The notes under the pieces were generated by a model, which worked only from the letters and a program-made list of their open reading frames with translations, did no database searches and was not told where the DNA came from. Below are positions 24,462 through 36,385 of a stretch of DNA of 38,744 nt, in pieces. Numbering within the stretch: the stretch's first letter is position 1; every line of letters starts with the position of its first letter. The translations under genes and the position numbers were made by a program. The DNA comes from Chiloscyllium plagiosum (Eukaryota). The DNA is taken from NCBI RefSeq assembly GCF_004010195.1, contig NC_057760.1, positions 4,454,522 to 4,493,265 of the forward strand, given 5' to 3'.

Positions 24462-24539
24462 CTGGTCGTGGGGTCCTGGGCACAGCTGCTGTTGTGGGCG
24501 ATGTCCTGGCTACGCTTGTTGTCTCTCTCAGCCTCGGAG
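24462..24539 (-). CDS. ltbp4: LTBP4 hinge-region exon (78 nt)
   Basis: ctctttccacctcag| APRLRETTSVARTSPTTAAVPRTPRP |gtttgt; phase 1-1, in frame with the preceding exon. Confidence 0.65.
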
Positions 24540-24763
24540 CTGAGGTGGAAAGAGAATCAAAACATTACAGTTCCCCTCTGATACCCATCTCAAACATCCC
24601 CCCTTTTCACACATTCCGGCATTCCCCTGCTATCCCCTTCTCCCCCAGCCTCCAATCCCACATTCACCCTTATCTACATCTTTCCAAACATTCCCCCTTC
24701 ACCCGCGTGCTATCCTCTCCCCACATCCCTCCACCCTTGATCCTGCAATGACCTTGAACCTAC

Positions 24764-24925
24764 CCTGTGTGGGTTGAACAATTGGTGCTGAGGTACTGGT
24801 CAATGATGCTTGATCCACATTTGTGACTCCTCGGTCCCTCTCCCCCAATCCCCGGTTACTGTAGCGGAGATCTGACCGGATGTAATGATATCCAGAACCT
24901 GCAGGGCAAATCTCCCGAAATCCCT
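24764..24925 (-). CDS. ltbp4: LTBP4 exon: end of TB domain and start of hinge (162 nt)
   Basis: EGFREICPAGSGYHYIRSDLRYSNRGLG..., closely resembling LTBP4 EGFREICPAGPGYHYSASDLRY; ttcag| and G|gtaggt. Confidence 0.9.
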
Positions 24926-25339
24926 CTGAAGGCAGAAACTGAAATTTAGAATCTTAAAACATCCAGAATCTGTTCGAAAGCCCAGTGTGAATATATCAAA
25001 TAGTGATGATGCTTCAATTGCACTGGCACTGATGGTGTACTTGTTTCAGCCAAAACAGCCCCGATTGAGTTCAAACATCAGTAGGGCAAAGTGCGAGATT
25101 TGAATAATCATATTTAGTCATTTGTGAGCATAATGTGTCATAGTGAGAGGTCAGAAACCCAAAAGTAATTGCAATATGTTTTTCTGAACAAAAATAACAG
25201 GGTCAAAAGGTGACTGCAGATGTAAATTCTGTACAGTTGCTATCTGGAGAGAGACCCTGGAATGTCATACTGATATAGTACAAGGATTGTTGTATTTCCC
25301 TGACAGGGCTCTTGTCACAATACAGAATAATATCTCAGA

Positions 25340-25790
25340 ATTATTATGGTACAGAAGGGGGCCAGTGGTCCATCGTGCCTGTACAAAATCTATGACTTAG
25401 TGCCAATCTCCTGTCTTTTCCCCATTTCCCTACACACTACTTCTATCCAAATAATTATTTAATGCCCTCTTGAATTCTTCAATTGAATCTGCCTCTACCA
25501 GATTTCCAGGCAATGTATTCCATGCCCTAAATACTTGCTGCCTGTAAATGTTTTCCTTACATAACCCTTTGCACATCTCTTTAAACCTATGTCCTTTCAC
25601 TCTAGTTTCTTTCCCTATCTAGTCTATCCAGCCCACTCAGCCCCCAAACAAATCCTCTCTCAGACTTCCCCTCTCCAAGGGGAACAGTCCCAACCTCTTC
25701 AATCTATCCTCACAACTGAGGTTTCTCATTCCTGAAATCATTGTTGTAAATCCCTTCTGCACTCTCTCCAATATATTTGCACCTTTCCTT
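25340..25790 (-). mobile_element. Degraded CR1 3' portion
   Basis: ILERVQKGFTTMISGMRNLSCEDRLKRLGLFPLE. Confidence 0.75.
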
Positions 25791-25949
25791 GACACTTTAT
25801 TTATTTCTCCCATTATCATCAACCCAATAACACCCACCCTCTCGCCCCAGGTGCCCAAAGATCAGTGGGTCAAGAATCGGTCTATTCATTCACACAACAG
25901 AAACTTGCTGTCCTCTCATCTGTGACTCAAGGGATGGCCAATGATGCCA

Positions 25950-26200
25950 CTTCTTCCATCATTCCTTCATTACTCCCCTCACAGTCACCTTGCTGTCTCT
26001 CTTATCCCCTCTTATACTCTCTCTCTGATACCCTCCTCCTTCTCCTTCGTTCCATTTGTCTCATTCACCTCTTTTCTTTCTATTTTTCCTACATTCAACC
26101 CCTTTTGCTCCACTCTTCCCCTTGCAGTCTCTCACTCTTTACTCACACTCTTTCCCTCTATCCCCTACCTATTTTCCCCCTTTCCTGTCTCACTTCCCTC
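25950..26200. repeat. Pyrimidine-rich low-complexity tract
   Basis: Direct reading. Confidence 0.7.
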
Positions 26201-26266
26201 CCAACTGTATAGCCCTCTGCAGTCAGAGGTCAGTAAGGTGCTGGCCGTGGGTAACTTCCTGATTAC

Positions 26267-26431
26267 CTGTGAGCGGCGATGGGCACTTCAGGCACTCTGT
26301 TCCCCAGGCTTTCCCCACTCTGCTGCAGCAACAGATCTGCTTCGTGATGTTCTGTCCCACGGGCAGGGAACAGGATCCACTCCTCCAAATCCGATAACAA
26401 GGTCCTTTGGTTAATGAGATCACCTTCTGCG
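26267..26431 (-). CDS. ltbp4: LTBP4 TB (8-Cys) domain exon (165 nt)
   Basis: [72 protein letters not shown] is LTBP4-type; tttcag| and G|gtaatc. Confidence 0.93.
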
Positions 26432-26954
26432 CTGAAACATTGAAACCGCAGCAAGTTACTCAATAAAAACACAGGAGTTGGAGTAGGAATGGTTCGCCAC
26501 TCTTCCTCAGTCTGGAGAACCCCAAATAGGCCCCCAAGTGATGTGGGAAATCTCCCAGACTCATCCTGTCCTCACAGTCATCCTTTAACAAGTTTGTTGC
26601 AGCATAAAGTCTGCTGATTTCCTACTACCCAACATTAATGTGGTAGTGTTACTTCTCAGAGCTCATTGGCAACAAAACTTTAAAAGACATACTCATCTCA
26701 TCATCACATGTGAACCAATATTATGAAGTTGCCAGACTCCACCTTACTGCGTACACTAGTAGCATGGCGTGCCATGGTTTCTCCTAGCCCATATACACCA
26801 GAGCCTGTGATTGTAAGGTTCTTTCCCTATCTAGGGAAAGAACCTTACAATGCCCATAATTGTCATAAACATCCATTGAGATTCTCAATATTAGTCAAAA
26901 AGATAAGGACACAGACTCTTCAGTCCAACTCATCCAGGCCAACCAGATATAATA

Positions 26955-27333
26955 GAAACTTACAAGATAATACATGGCTTGGAAAGGGTGGGCGCTAGGA
27001 AATTGTTTCCGTTAGGCGAGGAGACTAAGACCCGTGGACACAGCCTTAGAATTAGAGGGGGTAAATTCAGAACAGAAATGCGGAGACATTTCTTCAGCCA
27101 GAGAGTGGTGGGCCTGTGGAATTCATTGCCGCAGAGTGCAGGGGAGGCCGGGACGCTAAATGTCTTCAAGGCAGAGATTGATAAATTCTTGATGTCACAA
27201 GGAATTAAGGGCTACGGGGAGAATGCGGGTAAGTGGAGTTGAAATGCCCATCAGCTATGATTGAATGGCGGAGTGGACTCGATGGGCCGAATGGCCTTAC
27301 TTCCACTCCTATGTCTTATGGTCTTATGGTCTT
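26955..27333 (+). mobile_element. Young CR1 3' end nested in the HER1 tail
   Basis: LFPLGEETKTRGHSLRIRGGKFRTEMRRHFFSQRVVGLWNSLP; (tcttatgg)n tail. Confidence 0.9.
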
Positions 27334-27640
27334 ATATCCTAACCCAATCTAGTCCCATTTGCCAGCATTTGGCCCATACCTCTCTAAACCTTTCCTATTC
27401 ATATTCTCATCCAGATGCCTTTTAAATGTTGTAATTCTACCAGCCTCCACCACTTCCTCTGGCAGCTTGTTCCATACACATACCACCCTCTGTGTGATAA
27501 AGTTGCTTCTTAGATCCCTTTTAAATCTTTCCCCTCTCACTTAAACCAATGCTCTAGTTTTTGACTCAGTCACCACAGAGAAAAGACATTGTCTATTTGT
27601 TCTATCTATGCCCGCATGATTTTATAAATCTCTATAAGAT

Positions 27641-27933
27641 CGGCACGGTGGCACAGTGATTAGCACTGCTGCCTCACAGCGCCAGAGACCCGGGTTCAAT
27701 TCCCGCCTCAGGTGACTCTCTGTGTGGAGTTTGCACTTTCTCCCCGTGTCTGCATGGGTTTTCTCCCACAGTCCAAAAATGTGCAGGTTAGGTGAATTGG
27801 CCATGGTAAATTGCCCATAGTGTTAGGTGAGGGGGCAAATGTAGGGGAATGGGTTTGGGTTGGTTGCTCTTCGGAGAGTCGGTATGGACTTGTTGGGCCG
27901 AAGGGACTGTTTCCACACTGTAGGAAATCTAAT
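27641..27933 (+). mobile_element. HE1-type SINE
   Basis: ggcacggtggcacagtgattagcactgctgcctcacagcgccagagacccgggttcaattccc...aatctaatct; TSD-like taag(a/g)tc. Confidence 0.9.
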
Positions 27934-28789
27934 CTAAGGTCACCCCTCAGTCTCCAATACAGCTATTCAGTTTCTCCCTGCGGCTCAAATCCTCCAACCC
28001 TGGCAACATCCCTGTAAATCCTTTCTGGACCTTTTCAAGTTTCACAACATCCTTCCGACAGCTGGAAAACCAGAATTGCATGCAGTATTCCAAAAGTGGC
28101 CTAACCAAAGTCCTGTATGGCTGTAATGTACTCACGTCTAGTTCTTACCTCATCAGGTATGAAAACCCGAAAAAAGGTAAAAACCTAACCCTAACGCTAC
28201 CTCTTCATCTACAGCAGATGGTGAGGGCAGCACAGATCAAGGTTAACAGTGATGGCCGTTTACAAAGAAAGAGCTCCCAGATCCCAGATCTCACATCATG
28301 GTGGCAATGCAGGTTAAATAGTGGGACATTCTCGTAAAAAGCTCCAAGATATCATTTGCAGATCCTCCAAAACACCACTGAACTACACAAGATGAGCCTT
28401 ACACTCAAGGATTCAGAAGACTAACAGCAACAAACTTTTGTGTGTGAATTATCACAAATTAAATAGCCACGAGGCAATTTATCTCTTTTCTACTTCACAT
28501 ATAAAAACCTCTGTATCTCTTTTATTTAAAAAAATGTATAGTCTGCTTCTTACAGACTAAAGAAGTAAAAATGGCAATCAAAATCTAAGGTTAGGATTAA
28601 GGTTTGAGAGAGAGTGAGGGATAAGCCACTGCATTGTTTAAAGCATAATTAAATTTGTATTGGAAACTAACAGAGGTACAGGTTATGGAGAGTGTGAGGC
28701 AGTAGAATTAGTTTGAGATTGATACAGCATTGAGGGGAGAGCAAGGGGCATTGGGATTACATTGGGATGGGAGAATATGTTGGTGCAAT

Positions 28790-29120
28790 TAGTTTGAAGA
28801 CTGCTACAGACCTTTGGGAGGAATTAGGTTGGGGATTAGTACAGCGCTGTAGGGACAAAGTGGGTGTGTGAGATTCGTTTGGGAATTAGTACAGGGATAT
28901 GGGGTGGGAGTGGGGTAGTGGGATTAGGTTGGGGATTAGTATAATGCTATGGGGAGAGTGTGGGGCAGTGGGATTAGGTTGGGGATTAGTACAGGGCTAT
29001 GGGGAGAGAGCGGGGCAGTGGGATTAGTTTGGGGATTAGTACAAGGCTATGGGGAGAGAGCGGGGCAGTGGGATTAGTTTGGGGATTAGTATAGGGCTAT
29101 GGGGAGAGTGTGGGGCAGTA
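28790..29120. repeat. 50-bp G-rich minisatellite
   Basis: ggattag(g/t)ttggggattagt recurs at 28921, 28971, 29021 and 29071. Confidence 0.92.
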
Positions 29121-29332
29121 GAAAGAGCTTTTGACTGCTCTCATTGTTGGTTATAATTGACCAAATTTCCTATTCCTAATTTGTAAACTTCAATTCCATG
29201 GTCCCCTAGATGAAAGTTGCTGTAATTTCGGAAGTTGAGGGTGGAGCTGTTGCTGTAGAAAACTGGCTGGTAGTTTTGGTGATTGTACTCAATGGTTACA
29301 AGGCGTTGTGTCTGTAATTTCTGATCACTTAC

Positions 29333-29455
29333 AGATGCAGCGGCTCTTGGAAGTGTCCTGCACAAACCCTTGGCTGCACACACAGCTGTAGCTGCCTCTC
29401 ACGTTCAGGCACTTTCCATTTTGACAGATTCCTGGCAGGGAGCACTCATTGATAT
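29333..29455 (-). CDS. ltbp4: LTBP4 calcium-binding EGF exon (123 nt)
   Basis: [41 protein letters not shown]; ttcttccag| and T|gtaagt. Confidence 0.93.
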
Positions 29456-30719
29456 CTGGAAGAAGCAGAATGAAAGAGTTGACTATACTGCTCATAAAGT
29501 TACCCTCTCCAACGGGTGGGGAGGGAGCAGCACCAGGTCAAAAGCTTATTTCTAGTCTTATGTTTTATGAGTGCTACAGAAGTGATGGTTGAGCTCTCCA
29601 GGTGATTGCTCTGCAGTAAATTTTCGTGCCTCAATTATTTTTATAAGAAATTAAATCAGTCTTCAGGGAAGGCCAACAGTAAGTGAGGTGGCATCTGTTT
29701 TATCCATCTATCGATTTGATACCTTACACCCCTATACTCACCTCACAGTTAATATAAAGAAGAATCTCGTTTGCAGTTACAGTGTCCCCACAGATGTTCT
29801 GTGGTGGTGGGCAACGCTATCTTACCCCAGCTGCAGTGTTACGCCTGTTTATTGCAATGTGGACACCAAGGCCCTTCAAACAGCAACCTGAGGGGCTAGT
29901 AACTTACGGAACCCCTTAGTCCCAATGCTTGCTACTGAATCTAGATACTGAATGTCACACAGATTTCAATTATATTGAGGCACCTCAGAGTGTAAGGAAT
30001 TTATCGAGAAAACCTGAATATTGTTGCAACTTCTCGAATGTCCAATTGGAAACATTTTGGAATATACCTTTAGATATTTTTAAAATAATATGTTTTTGGA
30101 AAATATTTATTGTAATCCTGGTGCCCTCTAGGGAACAGTGCAGCATTTTGAACTGGAGATGGTATTTGATGGGGTCCCCTGGGATCAATGCTTTGTGTGC
30201 ACTTCAACTATACAACTGTTAAATGATGCTGATTATTGTCTCAATAATTATGGAATGAGGAGGTACTAGCAGCTTACGGACTATCACAGACATCACACAA
30301 GAATGGTCAGTAATAGTGGGATAGAGTGCCAGCAAACATTTATTCTGGAAAATATTTTGCTTGAACCAAAGGACATTACCTGTTTAAGACCAGGCATGAT
30401 TTAATACATTATCTTCATACCAAACAGTTTGAAAAGATATAGTATGTCAAGGTTGGAATGCGAGCTGTTGAGACCAGTGTTAAGATTATTGTGAGGTATG
30501 TGCAGAATGCTCCAAAGGGATAGGCAGCTTAATGCATCAAATGTAGACAGGGTTCAGGCTGTGCACCTCCTCTCAATGAAGCTGCCAGCGGAGGAAGCAG
30601 GGAATGAGATTTCCCAAATACCAGAGCATCAATCGCTGCTCCCACTCCGATCATGCCTTTAGAATGTAGCCTAATTATTAAAGCAGCTTTCAGTTTATTC
30701 AGGTCTCCAGTCTCTCTCT

Positions 30720-30754
30720 GGGAGGGGGGGGGGGGGGGGGGAGGGGGGGGGGGG
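30720..30754. repeat. Poly-G tract
   Basis: Direct reading. Confidence 0.95.
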
Positions 30755-31314
30755 CATGGTGTGGAATCCAATTTGCACTAATCCCTTGTGTAAAGAGGTT
30801 CGCACCTTTTACCCTCATCGCCTCCATGACTGTGCAAACTGAATGGTTAATGTGCTCACACAGAAATCGTCTTTTTATTTCTTCTTTTCCATATTCAGTC
30901 AATTCAGCGGAACTCCCAGCACTAACGTGGAGAGGCCCCAGCAGCTGTAATGGGTGCAGCAATAGCGTCTCTGGGAATGTGGATTCTTAACAGTTATTCT
31001 TCATGTCTGAACCCTGATCATGAGTGAGTGTTCACAGACAATTCAAACATCAGTGTGAAGTTTAACACACACTGCACTGGAGGTTCACTCAGGAAACAGG
31101 CTAAATCCAAAGAGCTACTGAATGTAACTGTAAACCCCAAAGTATGGGCAGCACAGGCTGGGTCCTTCCCGACTGCCTGCTGATACTAGGATTATATTCA
31201 TAGCAGTACTCTCTTTCTGGAGTTAGGAGTAAGGGGAGCAGGGTGTTGTTGGTGGGATGAAGGTGGGAGAGGGGTTCATGGGGCAGGGAATTTAAGGTGC
31301 TTTGGCTTATTTAC

Positions 31315-31365
31315 CTTGACAATGCCCATCAGCAGTTTTTTCAAATCCATGTGGGCAGTCATTTC
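31315..31365 (-). CDS. ltbp4: LTBP4 exon, end of hybrid domain (51 nt)
   Basis: NDCPHGFEKTADGHCQ, comparable to LTBP4 GPCPTGFERVNGSCE; ttccacag| and G|gtaaat. Confidence 0.88.
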
Positions 31366-31837
31366 CTGTGGAATAGAAAAGAACAACAGTAAAGCAGAAA
31401 GAAACAGAGAAAAAAGGCTGGGAGGAAATCGAAACAAGAGTGACTGAACATCTTAACTAGACTCAGAGTAGACAGGCAGGAAGCTGGAAGAACACAGCAA
31501 ACCAGGCAGCATCAGGAGGTGGAGAAATCAACATTTCGGGTGTAACCCTTCTTCGGGACTGGGGGTGAGTGTGGGGGGAGCTGCAGGGGTCAGGGTGGTG
31601 AAGTGGGGACAGGTGAAGACAGGTAGTGGGTACGACGTGGTTGGCCAATGGGAGGAATGAATCAAGTTGATGGCAGGGACGGGTGGAAGGGAGGGGAAGA
31701 GAGGCTAGGAAGGGGGTTGGGGATAGGGAAGGAGGTTTTTGGAACTGGAGAACTCAATGTTGAGTCCTTTAGGCTGTAGACTGCCCAGGCAGAAGATGAG
31801 GTGTTGTTCCTCCAATGTGTGGTTTGGTTCATTGTGT

Positions 31838-32380
31838 AATTCTGGTCTCCTTCCTCTCGGAAAGATGTTGTGAAACTTGAAAGGGTTCAGAAAAGATTTA
31901 CAAGGATGTTACCAGGATTGGAGGATTTGAGCTATAGGGAGAGGTTGAACAGGCTGTGGCTGTTTTCCCTGGAGCGTCGGAGGCTGAGGGGTGACCTTAT
32001 AGAGGTTTATAAAATCATGAGGGGCATGGATAGGATAAATGGACAAAGTCTTTTCACCTGGGGTGGGGGGAATCCAGAACTAGAGGACATGGGTTTAGGG
32101 TGTGAGGGGAAAGATATAAAAAAGACCTAAGGGGCAACTTTTTCATTCAGAGGGTGGTACATGTATGGAATGAGCTGCCAGAGGAGGTGGTGGAGGCTGG
32201 TACAATTGCAACATTTAAAAGGCATTTGGATGGGTATATGAATAGGAAAGGTTTGGAGGGATATGGGCCGGGTGCTGGCAGGTGGGACTAGATTGGGTTG
32301 GGATATCTGGTCGGCACGGACGAGTTGGACCGAAGGGTCTGTTTCCATGCTGTACATCTCTATGACTCTATGACTCTATA
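31838..32380 (+). mobile_element. HER1/CR1 3' end
   Basis: LERVQKRFTRMLPGLEDLSYRERLNRLWLFSLERRRLRGDLIEVYKIMRG; (tctatgac)n tail. Confidence 0.92.
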
Positions 32381-32514
32381 GTAGATGAGGCCAAGGGTGG
32401 TCATGCTGGAAAGGGAGTGGGAAGGGGAATTAAATTGGGCAGTGACTGGGAGGTCTGGTCGACCCCTGCAGATGAACCTCTGACAGTGGTTCACCTGCAT
32501 CTCTTCCAACCTAG

Positions 32515-32725
32515 GGGAAAGTGAGCACTGCAGATACTGGAGATCAGAGTCGAAGAGTGTGTTGCTGGAAAAGCACAGCAGGTCAGGCATCTTCCGAGGA
32601 GCAGGAGAATCGATGTTTCGAGCATAAGTTCCTGATGGAGAGATTATGCTCGAAACATCAATTGCCCTGTTCTTCAGGTGCTGCCTGACCTGCTGTGCTT
32701 TTCTAGCACCGCACTCTTCAACTCC
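32515..32725. mobile_element. Self-inverted Penelope mini element
   Basis: TSD cttcc(a/t)acctag at 32503-32514 and 32726-32737; inverted gaaaagcacagcaggtcaggca / tgcctgacctgctgtgcttttc. Confidence 0.85.
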
Positions 32726-33980
32726 CTTCCTACCTAGTTTACTGTATCTGGTGTTCCCAACGTGATATTCTCTACATCGAGAGACCGAGGGTAAACTTAG
32801 GGAATGGTTCGCACAACATCTCAGCCAGGCCCGCAGGGGCCAACCTGACCTCCCAGTTGTCATCCATTTTAATTTCCCTTCCCACTCCCTTTCCAACATG
32901 ACCATCCTTGGCCTTCTCCACTGCCACAACAAACCAAACTACAAATTGGAGGAACAGCACCTCAATTTCCACCTGGGCAGCCTACGCCTGGAGGACTCAA
33001 CATTGAGTTCTCCAATTTCAAATAACTACCCTTCCTATCCCCCAACTCCCTTTCCAGCCTCTCCCCCTCCCTTCCACCCTCCCAGCCGCCTACCAGATTC
33101 ATTCCTCCCATTGACTAACAAGGTTGCATCCTCTCCCTGTCTTCACCACCCTGCCCCTGCCACCCCCTATATCTGCAGATCCCCCCCACACCCAAACCCA
33201 GTCCTGAAGAAGGGTTACATCCAAAACGTCGATTTCCCCACCTCCTGATGCACATCCTGAAGGGGGTACTGACTCACTGAGAACAAATGCACATTGTAAA
33301 ACAATGTCAGACTCCCCCCCCGCCTCCCCACCTCCATGTTACCATCACCTAATACATCATGTTCCTAAAGGGAATGAGGTCTAATGGGAAAGGTCTTGTG
33401 GAGGTTGCATGCAAACACGCCACTTCATGTGATTAATGATTATGCTTTAACCTGCCTGGGATATTTCTGCACCCTCACTGTGGTTTGTGTGTGCAGGAGG
33501 TGGCTCCTGCTACATTAGCAAGACCCTGGTACACAACAACAGTGAACAAGATCGCAGTGAGAAGACGCCTGTTCACACACACTGCATCTCCCACACATGG
33601 GAACAATTAGTTACAGAGATTCAGATGATTCGTACAATTACAATTGGCCAGCTGTTGGCTGTGACTGTACATAATTTAAATTACTCCCTTCTTTGAGAGA
33701 GAGCTGAAATGGTGACCAGAAGGTTTCAGGTTTGATTTTCAGACTATTTTCACTTTGGTGATTTTATTTCACAGACTTTAAGATAAAGAGAGAGAATGAA
33801 AGATCGGAACAAAATTACTGAAAGTGGAAGCCATTCAGCTCCTTGAGGTGGTTATATGCACTGCCACCCAAAAACGGGGGACCGTAATGAGGGCCTCTTG
33901 ACCGACAAAGGCTAGGGTGGACTTTGTTTATTGAGCCCCATGATCCAAACATCGGCCCACTCTCACTGCCCTTTAGAGAC

Positions 33981-34134
33981 AAAAAAACTGCAGCTGCTGG
34001 AATCCAAAGTAGACAGGCAGGAAGCTGGAAGAACACAGCAAGCCAGGCAGCGTCAGGAGATGGAGAAGTTGATGTTTCAGGTGTAACACTTCTTCAGGAC
34101 TGAAAAAGGGTTACACCCAAAACATCAACTTCTC
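33981..34134. mobile_element. Self-inverted Penelope mini element
   Basis: gagaagttgatgtttcaggtgtaacacttcttcag mirrored by ctgaaaaagggttacacccaaaacatcaacttctc. Confidence 0.8.
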
Positions 34135-34674
34135 AAGACTCTCTATCCAGCCACCTCTTGAAGGACGGTTATCAGGAAGGACTCTTCCCCCGTCCTCCTG
34201 GCACCACTTTGAGACTCATTGTCTTGTAGCAAAATAACCAATGGGTTAAGGTTTGGATCAGGAGTGTGGACAACACTTCAAATTATGTCTGGCTATTCCC
34301 CACACTTTTGGCTGATATCAGTGGAAAGAATTAATTTGAAATGGACACTGAGGAAGATTTAACAGCCTAGACAAGTGATTAAGTTAACACAGCGTCTGAT
34401 TATTGCAAACAGAGATTTGTGTCTTGTTTAGTTGAAATTATACAAACCAGAAAGGAATGTCTGATCACGGTCAGAGTGCACTTGCTCACAGCCCCATGAC
34501 AAATCAACAACACAGTCAGTGACACCCTGCGCTGAGGCAGCATTTGCTCTGAACAGCTTTGGGACATCATCTGTGATTATTTCCAATACCTCAGCTCAGG
34601 CACAAAGCAATACGGGATATTTGACTGTGGGGGATCTCTTGTCAGGTCCACACCCGCCACCAACCCATCTTCTC

Positions 34675-35385
34675 CTCCCGGCACCTTTCTTGCCACCGCA
34701 AACCTGCACCCACACCTACCCCCTCACCTCTGGCCAAGGCCCCACATCCATCAGAGTTTTACCTGCAAATCCACTCGTCATTTACTGTATCCATTGCTCC
34801 CGATGCAGTCTCCTCTACATCGGAGAAACAGGACGCCTACTTGCAGAGCGCTTCAGAGAACATCTCTGGGACACCTGTACCAACTTACCCCACTGCCCCG
34901 TGGCCGAACACTTCAATTCCCCCTCCGCCAAGGACATGCAGGTCCTGGGCCTCCTCCATCATCATACCTTTACCACCTGAAACCTGGAGGAAGAACACCT
35001 CATCTTCCACCTTGGGACCCTCCAACCACATGACATCAATGTGGATTTCACCAGTTTCCTCATTTCCCCTTCCCCTACCTTATCCCAGTTCCAACCTTCC
35101 AGTTCAGCACCATCCTCATGACCTGTCTCACCTGTCCATCTTCCTTCCCATCTATCCACTCCACCCTCCTCTCCAACCCATCACCATTACCCCCACCTCT
35201 GACCACCTATCGCACTCTCAGCTACCTTCCCCCCAGCCCCAACCACATCCCATTTAACTCTCCACTCCCTCGGCTCACAAGCCTCACAAGCCTGTTGAAG
35301 GGCTCTTATCCGAAACATCGATTCGCCTGCTCCTCAGACGCTGCCTGACCTGCTGTGCTTTTCCAGCACCCCACTTTTGACCCTG
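34675..35385 (+). mobile_element. Penelope-like GIY-YIG remnant and tail
   Basis: VIYCIHCSRCSLLYIGETGRLLAERFREHLWDT...VAEHFNSPS. Confidence 0.9.
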
Positions 35386-35396
35386 TAATTTAAACA

Positions 35397-36385
35397 CCAC
35401 CTGTTATCAGTGGGAGAACAGAATGGACTACAGGAACAGGCTCAGAGGAACAGGAGGACACAATTCAGACCCTCAAGCCTTTCAGCTTTACAACTTTTAC
35501 AGATCTTGGGGATCCATGCACAAGCCGGAACACAAACAGCAAGTGTCACTACGTACTGAGTTTCTACCTGTCCCCGGTGTTGCAAAGGATGGGCCTGGCC
35601 TCGCTGCCGTGGAACACTCCAAGTAGTTGGACCGTTCCGTATCACCTGTCCTTCATGGAGACGTTTATGAAGAAAAACACCTTTGACCATAAGTCCATCA
35701 GGAAGTGTTCAGCACGTAGTGTCCTTGAGTCCCTTCGGGAAAAGGAGAGGGTGGATCCTATCGAGCGATCCCCTGAGCAGACTGTCAAAGTCATTTGGCA
35801 GAATGCCTCATCGCCAGAACTTTCCAACAAGCACCAAGACATGGCTTGGCTGGTGGTGAGAAGGGCTCTGCCTGTGAGATCCTTTATGCAAGCAGCGCCG
35901 TGACGCGGGACTCCGTGCTCTACGGCCTGTTCCCCGGGACGCACACCGAGACGAACATCAACTGTGCCTGGAGGATCATCAACTCCATCAAAGACACTCT
36001 TTGGGCGGTCCGAAACCTGTTGATCTTCCAGCTGAAGGAGTTGACCCCGACTGAGTGTTGTGGGCTGGCACATTCCAAGGTCCAGGACTACGTGTTGAGG
36101 GATGCGTTGAAGCTTGGGGCAGCTGCCGCCAAGGCGCGGTGGGGAAAGACCACTGTGTAACATCTGCCTGCCTAACGAAGAACAGGGGGCCCACCCAGTC
36201 ATTTGGGCTCCACTGGCGCCTCAGCAGAAGAGCTGGATAGTAAATGTACAGACTTGTACCTTTGAAAAATAAATTTAGATGTCTGCATGTAAAGCAATGT
36301 AATGTGTGCATAAGAATGGCATGACCAATTGTATGGAGATCCAAATAATTTTATGAATAAAATATATTTTTGAAATAAAAAAAAC
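35397..36385 (+). mobile_element. Tx1-like L1-clade 3' portion with A-rich tail
   Basis: WQNASSPELSNKHQDMAWLVVRRALPVRSF; KVQDYVLRDALKLGAAAAKARWGKTTV; gaaataaaaaaa. Confidence 0.88.

Larger units (their letters stand above)
26900..28130 (-). mobile_element. HER1/CR1 LINE 3' portion hosting two nested insertions
   Basis: YRTLVRPLLEYCMQFW...LEKVQKGFTGMLPGLE; RGERFKRDLRSNFITQRVV. Confidence 0.85.
31465..33250. mobile_element. Large self-inverted Penelope-like element with two nested insertions
   Basis: Minus arm 31465 to about 32478, plus arm about 32480-33250 (FTCISSNLVYCI, HFNFPSHSL, LEEQHLNFHLGSL); degenerate hammerheads near 31530-31560 and 33200-33235. Confidence 0.8.

Noticed and set aside
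24749..24757. Perfect ERRE (TCAAGGTCA, minus strand)
   Set aside because: About one TNAAGGTCA match is expected by chance in a window this size; no supporting context
27641..27705. tRNA gene
   Set aside because: A and B boxes belong to the SINE head
32360..32932. 190-aa ORF
   Set aside because: Composite of nested Penelope fragments
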